Assembly (NCBI GenBank): GCA_031292385.1
Contig: JARLHE010000040.1
Coordinates: 34,471-98,470, forward strand
From: Oligoflexia bacterium
GTDB taxonomy: Bacteria > Bdellovibrionota > UBA1018
Direction: 5' to 3'
Length of the DNA stretch: 64,000 nt
Shown here: in pieces, positions 1 through 7,551 of the stretch
Position numbering within the stretch: the stretch's first letter is position 1
Layout: every line of letters begins with the position of its first letter
Made by a program: the position numbers and the translations under genes
The notes under the pieces: model-generated
The model's database searches: none
Seen by the model: only the letters and a program-made list of their open reading frames with translations
Told to the model about the DNA's origin: nothing

Positions 1-1
1 G

Positions 2-445
2 GAATCCGTTCAGAGCATTCTCGCCGAGCTTCAAGCGAAGAGCATCCCGATCGTCCTTCACGGCGCGGTTTCCTTGACCGGCGCGTGGGATAGGCATCGA
101 ATCGATCAGATCTTGGCCAACCTGATTTCGAATGCGGTCAAGTACGGCGGCGGAAGGCCGATCGATATTCGGATAGACCAGAGTGCTGACGGGAAGAGCG
201 CGATCTTGCGCGTAAAGGATCAGGGAAATGGCTTGCCGAAGGAGCTCCACGAAAAGATTTTCGAGCGTTTCGAGCGAGGGATCGAAGAGCAGAAGATCAA
301 AGGGTTAGGGCTGGGGCTCTATATCGTCAGGCAGGTCGTGAGCGCCCATCACGGCCGAATTTGGGTGGAAAGCGAGCCTGGTCACGGCTCGGAATTCATC
401 GTTGAGTTGCCTCGTAATGTCGAGGCGTTGAAGAAAGCGGCTTAG
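2..445 (+). CDS. sensor histidine kinase, C-terminal HATPase_c domain (5' end outside window)
   Basis: The reading frame is open from the window start. Motifs ILANLISNAVKYGGG, DQGNGLP and GLGLGLYIV are the N, G1 and G2 boxes of the HATPase_c domain. Confidence 0.7.
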   Translation, partial: ESVQSILAELQAKSIPIVLHGAVSLTGAWDRHRIDQILANLISNAVKYGGGRPIDIRIDQSADGKSAILRVKDQGNGLPKELHEKIFERFERGIEEQKIKGLGLGLYIVRQVVSAHHGRIWVESEPGHGSEFIVELPRNVEALKKAA

Positions 446-510
446 GTTAACCGGAAGGGCCGGCACGCTGCGCGGATGCCGCGAGCGCGCCGGTTTTCGC
501 GCCGGGGGCG

Positions 511-1014
511 TTAAGCGGCGCGCCTTTCGGCAACCTTCTCAATAACGAGATTCTTGATGAGACGGCGGGTTCGTTCCGCCAGGGCGAGCTTATCGGCAAG
601 CGCGCTCTCGAGCAGCACTCCGACCCCGTAGTTTCCGGTCATGTCAGCCGCGGCGACGAGCGCCACGTACTCGCCGATCCGAGCGTGAACGAAGTGGCTG
701 ATTTTAGCCAGGATAAAGAGGCGCTTAGCTTCCGGCGATTGAATCTCGGAGAGCTCCCGTCGGAAGTCCTCGATAAAAACATCCTGGATCTTTTCGTTCG
801 GCTTCATGGGCTGAGCGCCGATCAGCTTGAAGCATTCCTTGAGGGTGCCCAACGTTTTGTCGGCGATAAAGGCACGGGCGGTCAGTGCTTCCTTGATATG
901 CGGATCGTCCGCGACCTGGCTGACTTCCTGGTAAAACTTGGCGGATTTTTCCGCGCCTTGCGTGACGTTGCTCAACATCCATACGAATAGTTCCTTACGA
1001 TCTTTGATTGCCAT
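511..1014 (-). CDS. ferritin-like DUF892 (YciE/YciF family) protein
   Basis: Begins MAIKDRKELFVWMLSNV...EKSAKFY, typical of YciF-like ferritin-like proteins. The upstream ORF extension is high-GC with no support. Confidence 0.55.
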   Translation of the reverse strand: MAIKDRKELFVWMLSNVTQGAEKSAKFYQEVSQVADDPHIKEALTARAFIADKTLGTLKECFKLIGAQPMKPNEKIQDVFIEDFRRELSEIQSPEAKRLFILAKISHFVHARIGEYVALVAAADMTGNYGVGVLLESALADKLALAERTRRLIKNLVIEKVAERRAA

Positions 1015-1229
1015 TGTTTTCTCCGTTTCGTTTTTCGCTGATTTAGGCGCCCGCAAAGAGAGGGGGCTCTCTTGCTCGATCGCGCATATCAACGGAGTCA
1101 AGGAGTGCAACTTTCGAACTCGTTGCGGGGCATTGGGCCGAAATGATTGCCACTTTAAAGACGACTAATTCGGTTTTATTCTCAAGCGACCTGCCAATAT
1201 GACGAAAAGAATTGAGGAGCTCATGTCTC

Positions 1230-2885
1230 ATGAGGAGAAGCATTGCGCAAAAGCCCGAAAGGAAAGCGGCGAAGGGCGAATTACCTAGCGTTTATTTAAT
1301 CGCGGGCGGCGGATCGCCGTTCCTCTTTCGGCAGCTCGAGCACTGGTTGCGCTATGAGCGCGCCCATCCTTGTCAATTTTTTAGCTCCGGTATCGAGTTC
1401 ATCAAACGGGTCGAGAACTATCCGAGCGCGGCCCTGGTTATCTTTTATCTCGGCGATAAGTCCGCCTTTTTGGATCTCGATCAGATGGTCAAATTGATGC
1501 AGGCGATGGAGTGGAGCTGGTCAAGCCGGATTATCGTTTTGAACGGATTCGATCACCCGGCGATCAGGAACCATCTAGTCAGTCTGGGATGCTTCGTCTC
1601 GGATTTGGCGAGCTCCGATTTGCGTATGACGAAGCTCAGGATTGAGCGGCATTTGAATGCCCTGGATCAGGGGCTTTCCGATGGAGCCTCGAACTCCGTC
1701 ATCTCCGGAAAAGGGGCGTCGCTTCCGAAATTCAAAGTGCGATGGACGGAGTCCCTCCTGCTGGCGGATGACTGCTGGTTCATCCCGACCGAGCGTTTTA
1801 TCTACAAGACGCAAAAGACGTGGATGGTGTCGCTCGTCGGTTCGCGCTCCTCAGGAAATTGGAAGAAAGTAGGATCTCACCGAAACGGAGTCGACGAGTG
1901 CTGGCATTGGCAAGCGGAAAAGCGCCAGGCGTCTTCCGCGAAGGCGGAGCCGGCGGGCCAGTGGGAGTTCTGGGGGATCAAGCCCGAGTACTACGCGAAT
2001 CGTTGGACCTTCGCGGGAAACCGTCCGCGGCTGCACTTCATTCGCGAAGACGGAAAAACATTCACGCGATTCTACGCGTTGGATGCCCGCACGATCGTGG
2101 TCGCGCCCAATTCCGTTTCGGCGGCCTCTTTGGTGACAATTCGGCGTAAAGAAACGCTCGAGGCCGCTTTGCCGCCGGCCGGTTCGCTTTTCAAGCCGGT
2201 TGCGGACCCGCGGCGAATCGAGGCCTACTTGAAGCGGGCTTGGCATGAGCAAAGAATCGTGAAGCTTTGGCGCGGAAGCTCCAGTCAACCGGTCAGTGGC
2301 CGGATCATCGCCCTCACTGAAGGGGCGAGCCCGGTGCTCAGGCTTCAGGACCGCGAAAGCATGACTGCTTTTATGGATGTTCGGAATTCCGCCGGGAAGA
2401 TCATGGGTAATTTCGGCTATCGCGCCGGCACGCTGTTTTTTTCCGCTCACGTGACGCAGCTCGGAGACGAGGAAAACCTGCTTGGCCTGGCTTTGGAAGG
2501 CGGCCTTTATCGGGTTCAGCGCAGGATCAAACAGCGGTTTTTCATTCAAAACCAAGCTGACATCCGGGCAACGATCGACGGGCACGAGCGACTTCTGATC
2601 GATCTCGGGATGGGCGGTCTTGGTTTTTGTCTGCGTCGGCGCGAGGCGTCTCCTTATGAAGTCGGACAAGTCCTTTCGGTCAAGCTCGGTCTGTTCGCCA
2701 CCAGTTTGGATATCGCCGCGGAAGTTCGCTGGATAAGGGAAGTGGCGCTTCGGGACGGAGTAAAAACGATGGGCGTGGGATTGCGCTTTTTGAAGTTGGA
2801 CACGTTGAGCGCAAGCTATTTGCAGCTCTTACTATTTGATCTCTGTTTCGATCGCAGTACTGGGCAAGAAGCGGACGAGGAGTAG
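1230..2885 (+). CDS. PilZ domain protein with large uncharacterised N-terminal region (possible pseudo-receiver)
   Basis: C-terminal RRIKQRF...DLGMGGLGF is the PilZ RxxxR / DxSxxG motif pair. ATG at 1230 sits 10 nt after a GAGGAG; the track's TTG at 1212 is less likely. Confidence 0.6.
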   Translation: MRRSIAQKPERKAAKGELPSVYLIAGGGSPFLFRQLEHWLRYERAHPCQFFSSGIEFIKRVENYPSAALVIFYLGDKSAFLDLDQMVKLMQAMEWSWSSRIIVLNGFDHPAIRNHLVSLGCFVSDLASSDLRMTKLRIERHLNALDQGLSDGASNSVISGKGASLPKFKVRWTESLLLADDCWFIPTERFIYKTQKTWMVSLVGSRSSGNWKKVGSHRNGVDECWHWQAEKRQASSAKAEPAGQWEFWGIKPEYYANRWTFAGNRPRLHFIREDGKTFTRFYALDARTIVVAPNSVSAASLVTIRRKETLEAALPPAGSLFKPVADPRRIEAYLKRAWHEQRIVKLWRGSSSQPVSGRIIALTEGASPVLRLQDRESMTAFMDVRNSAGKIMGNFGYRAGTLFFSAHVTQLGDEENLLGLALEGGLYRVQRRIKQRFFIQNQADIRATIDGHERLLIDLGMGGLGFCLRRREASPYEVGQVLSVKLGLFATSLDIAAEVRWIREVALRDGVKTMGVGLRFLKLDTLSASYLQLLLFDLCFDRSTGQEADEE

Positions 2886-2896
2886 GATTAAGATCG

Positions 2897-3262
2897 CTAG
2901 CCTTGCTTGATTTGGCGCTCGATGGCTTCCTTGAGAACGACCGCGTTATTGTGATCTTCGTCGCGAGCGGAATAAATCAAAGTCACGGGCGATTTACTGG
3001 CCCGTTTCGCGAGGGTATCAATGGTTTCGCGTGCTGCTTTGGAGCGGAGCTCTAGCCGATATCTGGCGCGGAACTGCTTCCACCGCGACGGGTCGTGCCC
3101 GAAGTCCTTGCGAAGCTCCGGGCTCGGTGCGAGGTCCTTGATCCACTGATCGAGCGCCAGTCTCGATTTTTCGATCCCGCGCGGCCAAAGCCTGTCGATG
3201 AGAACCCGATAACCATCCTTGCGCTCAGGCGGCTCGTACGCTCTTTTCATCTTGATCATCAT
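2897..3262 (-). CDS. DUF488 (YeaO-like) family protein
   Basis: MIKMKRAYEPPERKDGYRVLIDRLWPRG matches the DUF488 N-terminus. Confidence 0.6.
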   Translation of the reverse strand: MMIKMKRAYEPPERKDGYRVLIDRLWPRGIEKSRLALDQWIKDLAPSPELRKDFGHDPSRWKQFRARYRLELRSKAARETIDTLAKRASKSPVTLIYSARDEDHNNAVVLKEAIERQIKQG

Positions 3263-3318
3263 TTCGAGATCATTTCATTTCCCGTACCGGTCATGAGCGC
3301 CTGTCTGGCACGCCCGTT

Positions 3319-3334
3319 TGGCACTCCCTTTGCT
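3319..3334 (+). promoter_or_regulatory. candidate sigma54 (RpoN) -24/-12 promoter TGGCAC-N5-TTGCT
   Basis: Exact match to the consensus TGGCAC N5 TTGCW, 14 nt upstream of the archease ATG. Confidence 0.4.
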
Positions 3335-3347
3335 GCCCTTTGTGCCG

Positions 3348-3803
3348 ATGGGATACCGATATCTCGAGGATCTCGGCTACGCCGACGCCGCCTTCGAGGC
3401 GGAGGGCGTGACCCTGGAAGAGGTGTTCGTATGCGCGGCGGACGCCCTGGCGCATCTGATGGTGGAGGACTTGAATTCAATTCAGCCGAAGACGGTCCGT
3501 CAGATTGAGATCAAGCAGAAAGCCGGAGCACCGAGAGACGATCTGTCGAGATTGCTCCAAGAATTTCTCGAAAAGATCATTTACTGGAAAGATGTCGATC
3601 GGCTTTTGCTTCGCGCCAGCAATGTAGAAGTGAAAATGGCGGCGGCCGACTACGGGAGGGAAGTGATTGGAGAGCTTTGGGGCGAACCGATCGATCCAAG
3701 CCGCCACGCGTTGGGAGCCGACGTGAAGGCGGTTACCTTTCATCAAATGAAGGTCTGGAAAGAAGGGCAGTTGTGGAAAGCGGTCGTGGTCGTTGATATA
3801 TGA
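3348..3803 (+). CDS. archease (RtcB activator)
   Basis: MGYRYLEDLGYADAAFEAEGVTLEEVF aligns with the archease N-terminus (M-Y-Y-..-D-HTAD-...-TLEEAF). The 3' end overlaps the next gene in an ATGA. Confidence 0.75.
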   Translation: MGYRYLEDLGYADAAFEAEGVTLEEVFVCAADALAHLMVEDLNSIQPKTVRQIEIKQKAGAPRDDLSRLLQEFLEKIIYWKDVDRLLLRASNVEVKMAAADYGREVIGELWGEPIDPSRHALGADVKAVTFHQMKVWKEGQLWKAVVVVDI

Positions 3804-4174
3804 ATCGGATCGCCAACATCGTCTTGCTTGCTCATTTTTTGTGGGTTTTAGCGGTACTGCTTCCGGTTTTTCTGATTCCGTTTGGCTTTCGAAGGCGATG
3901 GCGTTGGCCGAGGGACCGTGCGCTTCGCGCCGTCCATCTTGCCATGATCGGAATCGTGATCGTCGAGTCTCTCTTGGGCGTTGTTTGCCCGCTTACTCTT
4001 TGGGAGGATCTGCTTCGAAGACGGGCCGGGAATTCGCCGTACGGGCGCTCCTTTGTCGAGCATTGGGTCGGCCGAGTTCTTTATTACGATTTTCCATCAT
4101 GGGTTTTCGTTGCCGTCTATCTGTTTCTCGGCTTTATCATTCTTATTTTGTATCGGCAGTATCCGCCGGACTGA
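3800..4174 (+). CDS. DUF2784-like small membrane protein
   Basis: Three or four predicted TM helices (LLAHFLWVLAVLLPVFLIPFGF, AVHLAMIGIVIVESLLGVV, VFVAVYLFLGFIILILY). It is translationally coupled to the archease gene. Confidence 0.5.
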   Translation: MNRIANIVLLAHFLWVLAVLLPVFLIPFGFRRRWRWPRDRALRAVHLAMIGIVIVESLLGVVCPLTLWEDLLRRRAGNSPYGRSFVEHWVGRVLYYDFPSWVFVAVYLFLGFIILILYRQYPPD

Positions 4175-4231
4175 TCTGATTCGCGTGCATCTCTTGCAGG
4201 AGCGTCGTTGAAGGAACGGGGACTGTCGCTT

Positions 4232-5734
4232 ATGGCTCAATCAAGTGGCTCGATTGCCGGTCTGCCGACCGAACCGCGGTTCGATATCAGCCGCCTCACT
4301 CCTATCACGGATACTCTGTGGGAGCTGCCGGCTGACGCGGGCCGGGGAATGAGGGTGCCCGCAAGGATCTTCGGTACCCGTCACCTGCTAGAACAAATGG
4401 ATGCCGCGGTCTTCGAGCAAATTACGAACGTGGCGACGCTACCCGGTATCGTTCGATATGCTTGCTGCATGCCCGACGGGCATTCCGGGTATGGTTTTCC
4501 GATCGGAGGAGTCGCGGCATTCGACGCCGCGAACGGGGTGATTTCGCCCGGCGGCATAGGGTTCGACATCAACTGCGGGATGAGGCTCGTTGTGACATCG
4601 CTCACCTTCGATGAGGTGATGCCTCATCTTCATTCGCTCGTGGATCGGCTTTACGACCGGGTTCCGGCCGGAGTGGGTTGCGCGGGTCTACTTCGGCTTT
4701 CAACCGAAGACCTGCTTGAAATCGCGGAGAAGGGCGCGCTTTGGTGCTTGGAAAACGGCTACGCCTGGCCGGAGGACCTGGCGCTCACCGAGGATGGGGG
4801 GCGATCGCTGGGCGCCGATTCGAATCAAATCAGCCCTGAGGCGATCGCCCGAGGGCGCGGGCAAGTGGGGACTCTGGGCTCGGGAAATCATTATCTCGAA
4901 ATCCAGGTCGCTCGACCGGAAAATATTCACGATCCGCAAGTTGCCCGCAACCTCGGCATCGATCTACCGAATCAGGTTGTGATTATGTTTCATTGCGGAA
5001 GCCGGGGCTTCGGTCACCAAGTCGCAAGCGACTACCTGAGGCTCTTCATCGACGTCATGGAAAGAAAGTACGGAATCCGCGTTCCGGATCGGGAGCTGGC
5101 CTGTGCGCCTTTTGATTCGCCCGAAGGTCAGGCCTATTTCTCGGCGATGAAATGCGCGATCAATATGTCGTTCGTGAACCGCCAGGTCATTCTTCACCGG
5201 ATCCGGGAAGTCTTCAGCGACGAGTTTCATAAAGCCCCGGAAGAGCTCGGCTTACGCATGGTCTATGACGTCGCTCACAATACGGCCAAGCTCGAAAATC
5301 ATTGGATCGAGGGCAAGCAGAAAAAGCTCGTCGTTCATCGAAAAGGGGCGACTCGCTCTTTCGGGCCGGAAATGCCGGGTTTGCCCGAAAGATACCGCAA
5401 TTTAGGCCAACCCGTGATTATCGGGGGCAGCATGGAAAGCGGCTCCTATCTGATGCTGGGCCTGTCGAGCGCGGCCCCAGCGTTTTTCAGCAGCGCTCAT
5501 GGCAGCGGCCGAACGATGAGCCGAACTAAAGCCAAGCGTCAGTTCAGGGGGCGACAACTGGCCGACGATATGGCCTCGCGCGGAATTTACGTCAAGAGCG
5601 CATCCTATTCGGGCTTGGCGGAGGAGGCCGGCAAAGCTTACAAGGATATTGACGAGGTCGCTTCGGCGTCGGAGGCGGCGGGATTGAGCAGACGAATCGT
5701 GAAGCTGGTGCCCATTGGAAATATCAAAGGTTAG
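4232..5734 (+). CDS. rtcB: RNA-splicing ligase RtcB (3'-phosphate/5'-hydroxyl RNA ligase)
   Basis: Carries MPDGHSGYGFPIGG, GSGNHY, HNTA and C-terminal SAHGSGR, the RtcB metal- and GTP-binding motifs. The track start at 4208 is TTG; ATG 4232 has GGGGA 10 nt upstream. Confidence 0.85.
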   Translation: MAQSSGSIAGLPTEPRFDISRLTPITDTLWELPADAGRGMRVPARIFGTRHLLEQMDAAVFEQITNVATLPGIVRYACCMPDGHSGYGFPIGGVAAFDAANGVISPGGIGFDINCGMRLVVTSLTFDEVMPHLHSLVDRLYDRVPAGVGCAGLLRLSTEDLLEIAEKGALWCLENGYAWPEDLALTEDGGRSLGADSNQISPEAIARGRGQVGTLGSGNHYLEIQVARPENIHDPQVARNLGIDLPNQVVIMFHCGSRGFGHQVASDYLRLFIDVMERKYGIRVPDRELACAPFDSPEGQAYFSAMKCAINMSFVNRQVILHRIREVFSDEFHKAPEELGLRMVYDVAHNTAKLENHWIEGKQKKLVVHRKGATRSFGPEMPGLPERYRNLGQPVIIGGSMESGSYLMLGLSSAAPAFFSSAHGSGRTMSRTKAKRQFRGRQLADDMASRGIYVKSASYSGLAEEAGKAYKDIDEVASASEAAGLSRRIVKLVPIGNIKG

Positions 5735-5752
5735 AATCATAGGTTAAAAGAG

Positions 5753-6316
5753 ATGGAACGGCTTCGGCTCTTCATTGCCGTCGATGTCGGGGGTGATGTC
5801 CCTCATCGGTATGAAAGCGTCATCGGGAATTTGAAATGGCTCGGCAATTCATCCCGCATCAAGTGGATAGATCCCGGAAATCTCCATCTGACGCTGAAGT
5901 TCCTGGGGAGTACTCCTGTCGAAGCCCTTCCCGTTCTTGAAACGATTCTCAAGGACATCGCGGCGAATCATCGTGCGTTTTTCATCACGCTGGCGGGGCT
6001 TGGGATGTTTTCCACCCGGCAGCGCACGCAAGTGCTTTGGGCCGATGTTCAAGAAGGAAAAACGGAGCTTGAGCGCATCGCCGCGGAGCTGGACCAGTCC
6101 TTGGGGGAATTGGGTATTCCTCGCGAGCCGCGCGCGTTCGCCGCGCATCTCACCTTGGGGCGCGCCAAAGACCGGAGTTTTACGCGGGAGGCGTTAAATA
6201 AGCTCAAAGGCTTTCCATTCGGCACGACGCCGATTTCCGAGCTCGTGCTTTTTGAAAGCCAAACCCTTCCCGCTGGCGCGGTCTATCGCGCGCTTGTCCG
6301 AGCAAGATTGGCTTAG
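5753..6316 (+). CDS. thpR: RNA 2',3'-cyclic phosphodiesterase ThpR/LigT (2H phosphoesterase)
   Basis: Two HxT/S motifs (HLTLKF, HLTLGR) with 2H-family spacing. Lies 18 nt downstream of rtcB. Confidence 0.8.
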   Translation: MERLRLFIAVDVGGDVPHRYESVIGNLKWLGNSSRIKWIDPGNLHLTLKFLGSTPVEALPVLETILKDIAANHRAFFITLAGLGMFSTRQRTQVLWADVQEGKTELERIAAELDQSLGELGIPREPRAFAAHLTLGRAKDRSFTREALNKLKGFPFGTTPISELVLFESQTLPAGAVYRALVRARLA

Positions 6317-6433
6317 CGCGACGGCGCGGTGTCAATAATGCGTATTTATTAACGCGGCTTGTTCGCTCGTTTGTCTTTTCCAACTCATGGAAATTAAGTT
6401 AAATCCATCCATGCGGAGCGGGCGCGGCCAAAA

Positions 6434-6709
6434 ATGGAAAAGACAGGAAATCTTGTCCTTCGGAATTCAATCGTGGCGATCGGTTTCGCTTTGGGCGGGT
6501 GCCAGGCTTCTCCGTCCCAGGATATCCTGGGTTCTTATTTTCCATCTTGGATGTTATGCGCGCTGGTCGGTATTTCTCTCACGATCGGGGCGTATCGGTT
6601 TTTTCTCAAGCAGGGGATCGATGAATTTCTTCCGCTGAAATCCCTGGTGTATCTCGGTTTGACGATCTCCATGACGTTTCTTACCTGGATCTTTTGGTTT
6701 CGGAATTAG
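6434..6709 (+). CDS. YtcA-like (DUF1656) small lipoprotein, efflux-operon leader gene
   Basis: GGCQASPSQDILGSYFPSWMLCAL resembles E. coli YtcA (SGCS..SP..IGAYYPSWFFCA). It precedes the HlyD/FUSC/OMF genes. Confidence 0.65.
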   Translation: MEKTGNLVLRNSIVAIGFALGGCQASPSQDILGSYFPSWMLCALVGISLTIGAYRFFLKQGIDEFLPLKSLVYLGLTISMTFLTWIFWFRN

Positions 6710-6723
6710 ACGAGGAGCGAGCG

Positions 6724-7551
6724 ATGAGTAACAGGCTGATCGGAAGGTCTATCGCACTGGTTGTCCTGGCTGCGTTGGTGGTTTCTTCCGCGCTTGTTAT
6801 TTATTTCATGGATACTCGGCCCCGGACGGATGACGCGTTTCTTTTGGCTTATGTGGCCAATATCGCCCCGGAGGTGTCTGGCCGGATTGTCTCGGTTCAG
6901 GTTCGTGACAATCAAAATGTGCGCGCGGGAGACGTGCTTTTCGTGATCGTGCCCGACCCCTTCCGATTCAAGCTCGAGGCGGCGAAGGCGCAGGCTACGG
7001 TTGCGGCGAGTACTTATGCGCGGATGGAACCCCTTCTGGGCAGGGGTTATGTGACCGCGGACAAGCTCGACCAGGCTCGTGCCGCGAAGGAAAGCTCGCT
7101 CGCTAACGAAGGGCTGGCAGATTACGATTTCCGCCAATCGACGGTAAGGGCACCGTTCGACGGCAAGGTCGTCGGCCTTAATACCGCGAACGGGGAGTAT
7201 GCGAACACCGGGCGCCCTCTTTTCACGATGATCGATACGTCCAGGTGGTATGTGATCGCGAATTTTCGCGAGACCGAAGTCAACGATATGAAGGTGGGGA
7301 CGGATGCGACGGTATATGTGATGGCGGATCGAAGCCGTGCTTTGCGCGGGCACGTCGATAGCGTCGGCTGGGGCGTTACTCCTGAAGAAGGGCAGGTTGT
7401 AAACGGACTTCCGAGGATACCGAAAACGCTGAATTGGGTCAGGCTGGCGCAGCGCTTTCCGGTCAGAATTCTTCTCGATCACCCACCGGACGATTTAATG
7501 CGCATCGGGGCGACCGCCGTGGTCGTGGTACATCATGGTACCCATCGCTGA
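6724..7551 (+). CDS. HlyD-family membrane fusion protein (MdtN/AaeA-like)
   Basis: N-terminal TM helix followed by the biotinyl-lipoyl and beta-barrel pattern of HlyD_D23 proteins. ATG 6724 sits 7 nt after AGGAG. Confidence 0.8.
   Translation: MSNRLIGRSIALVVLAALVVSSALVIYFMDTRPRTDDAFLLAYVANIAPEVSGRIVSVQVRDNQNVRAGDVLFVIVPDPFRFKLEAAKAQATVAASTYARMEPLLGRGYVTADKLDQARAAKESSLANEGLADYDFRQSTVRAPFDGKVVGLNTANGEYANTGRPLFTMIDTSRWYVIANFRETEVNDMKVGTDATVYVMADRSRALRGHVDSVGWGVTPEEGQVVNGLPRIPKTLNWVRLAQRFPVRILLDHPPDDLMRIGATAVVVVHHGTHR

Noticed and set aside
1851-2669. 272-aa minus-strand ORF inside the PilZ protein gene
   Set aside because: It is a high-GC antisense ORF with no motif or SD. The sense-strand gene ends in a clear PilZ domain.
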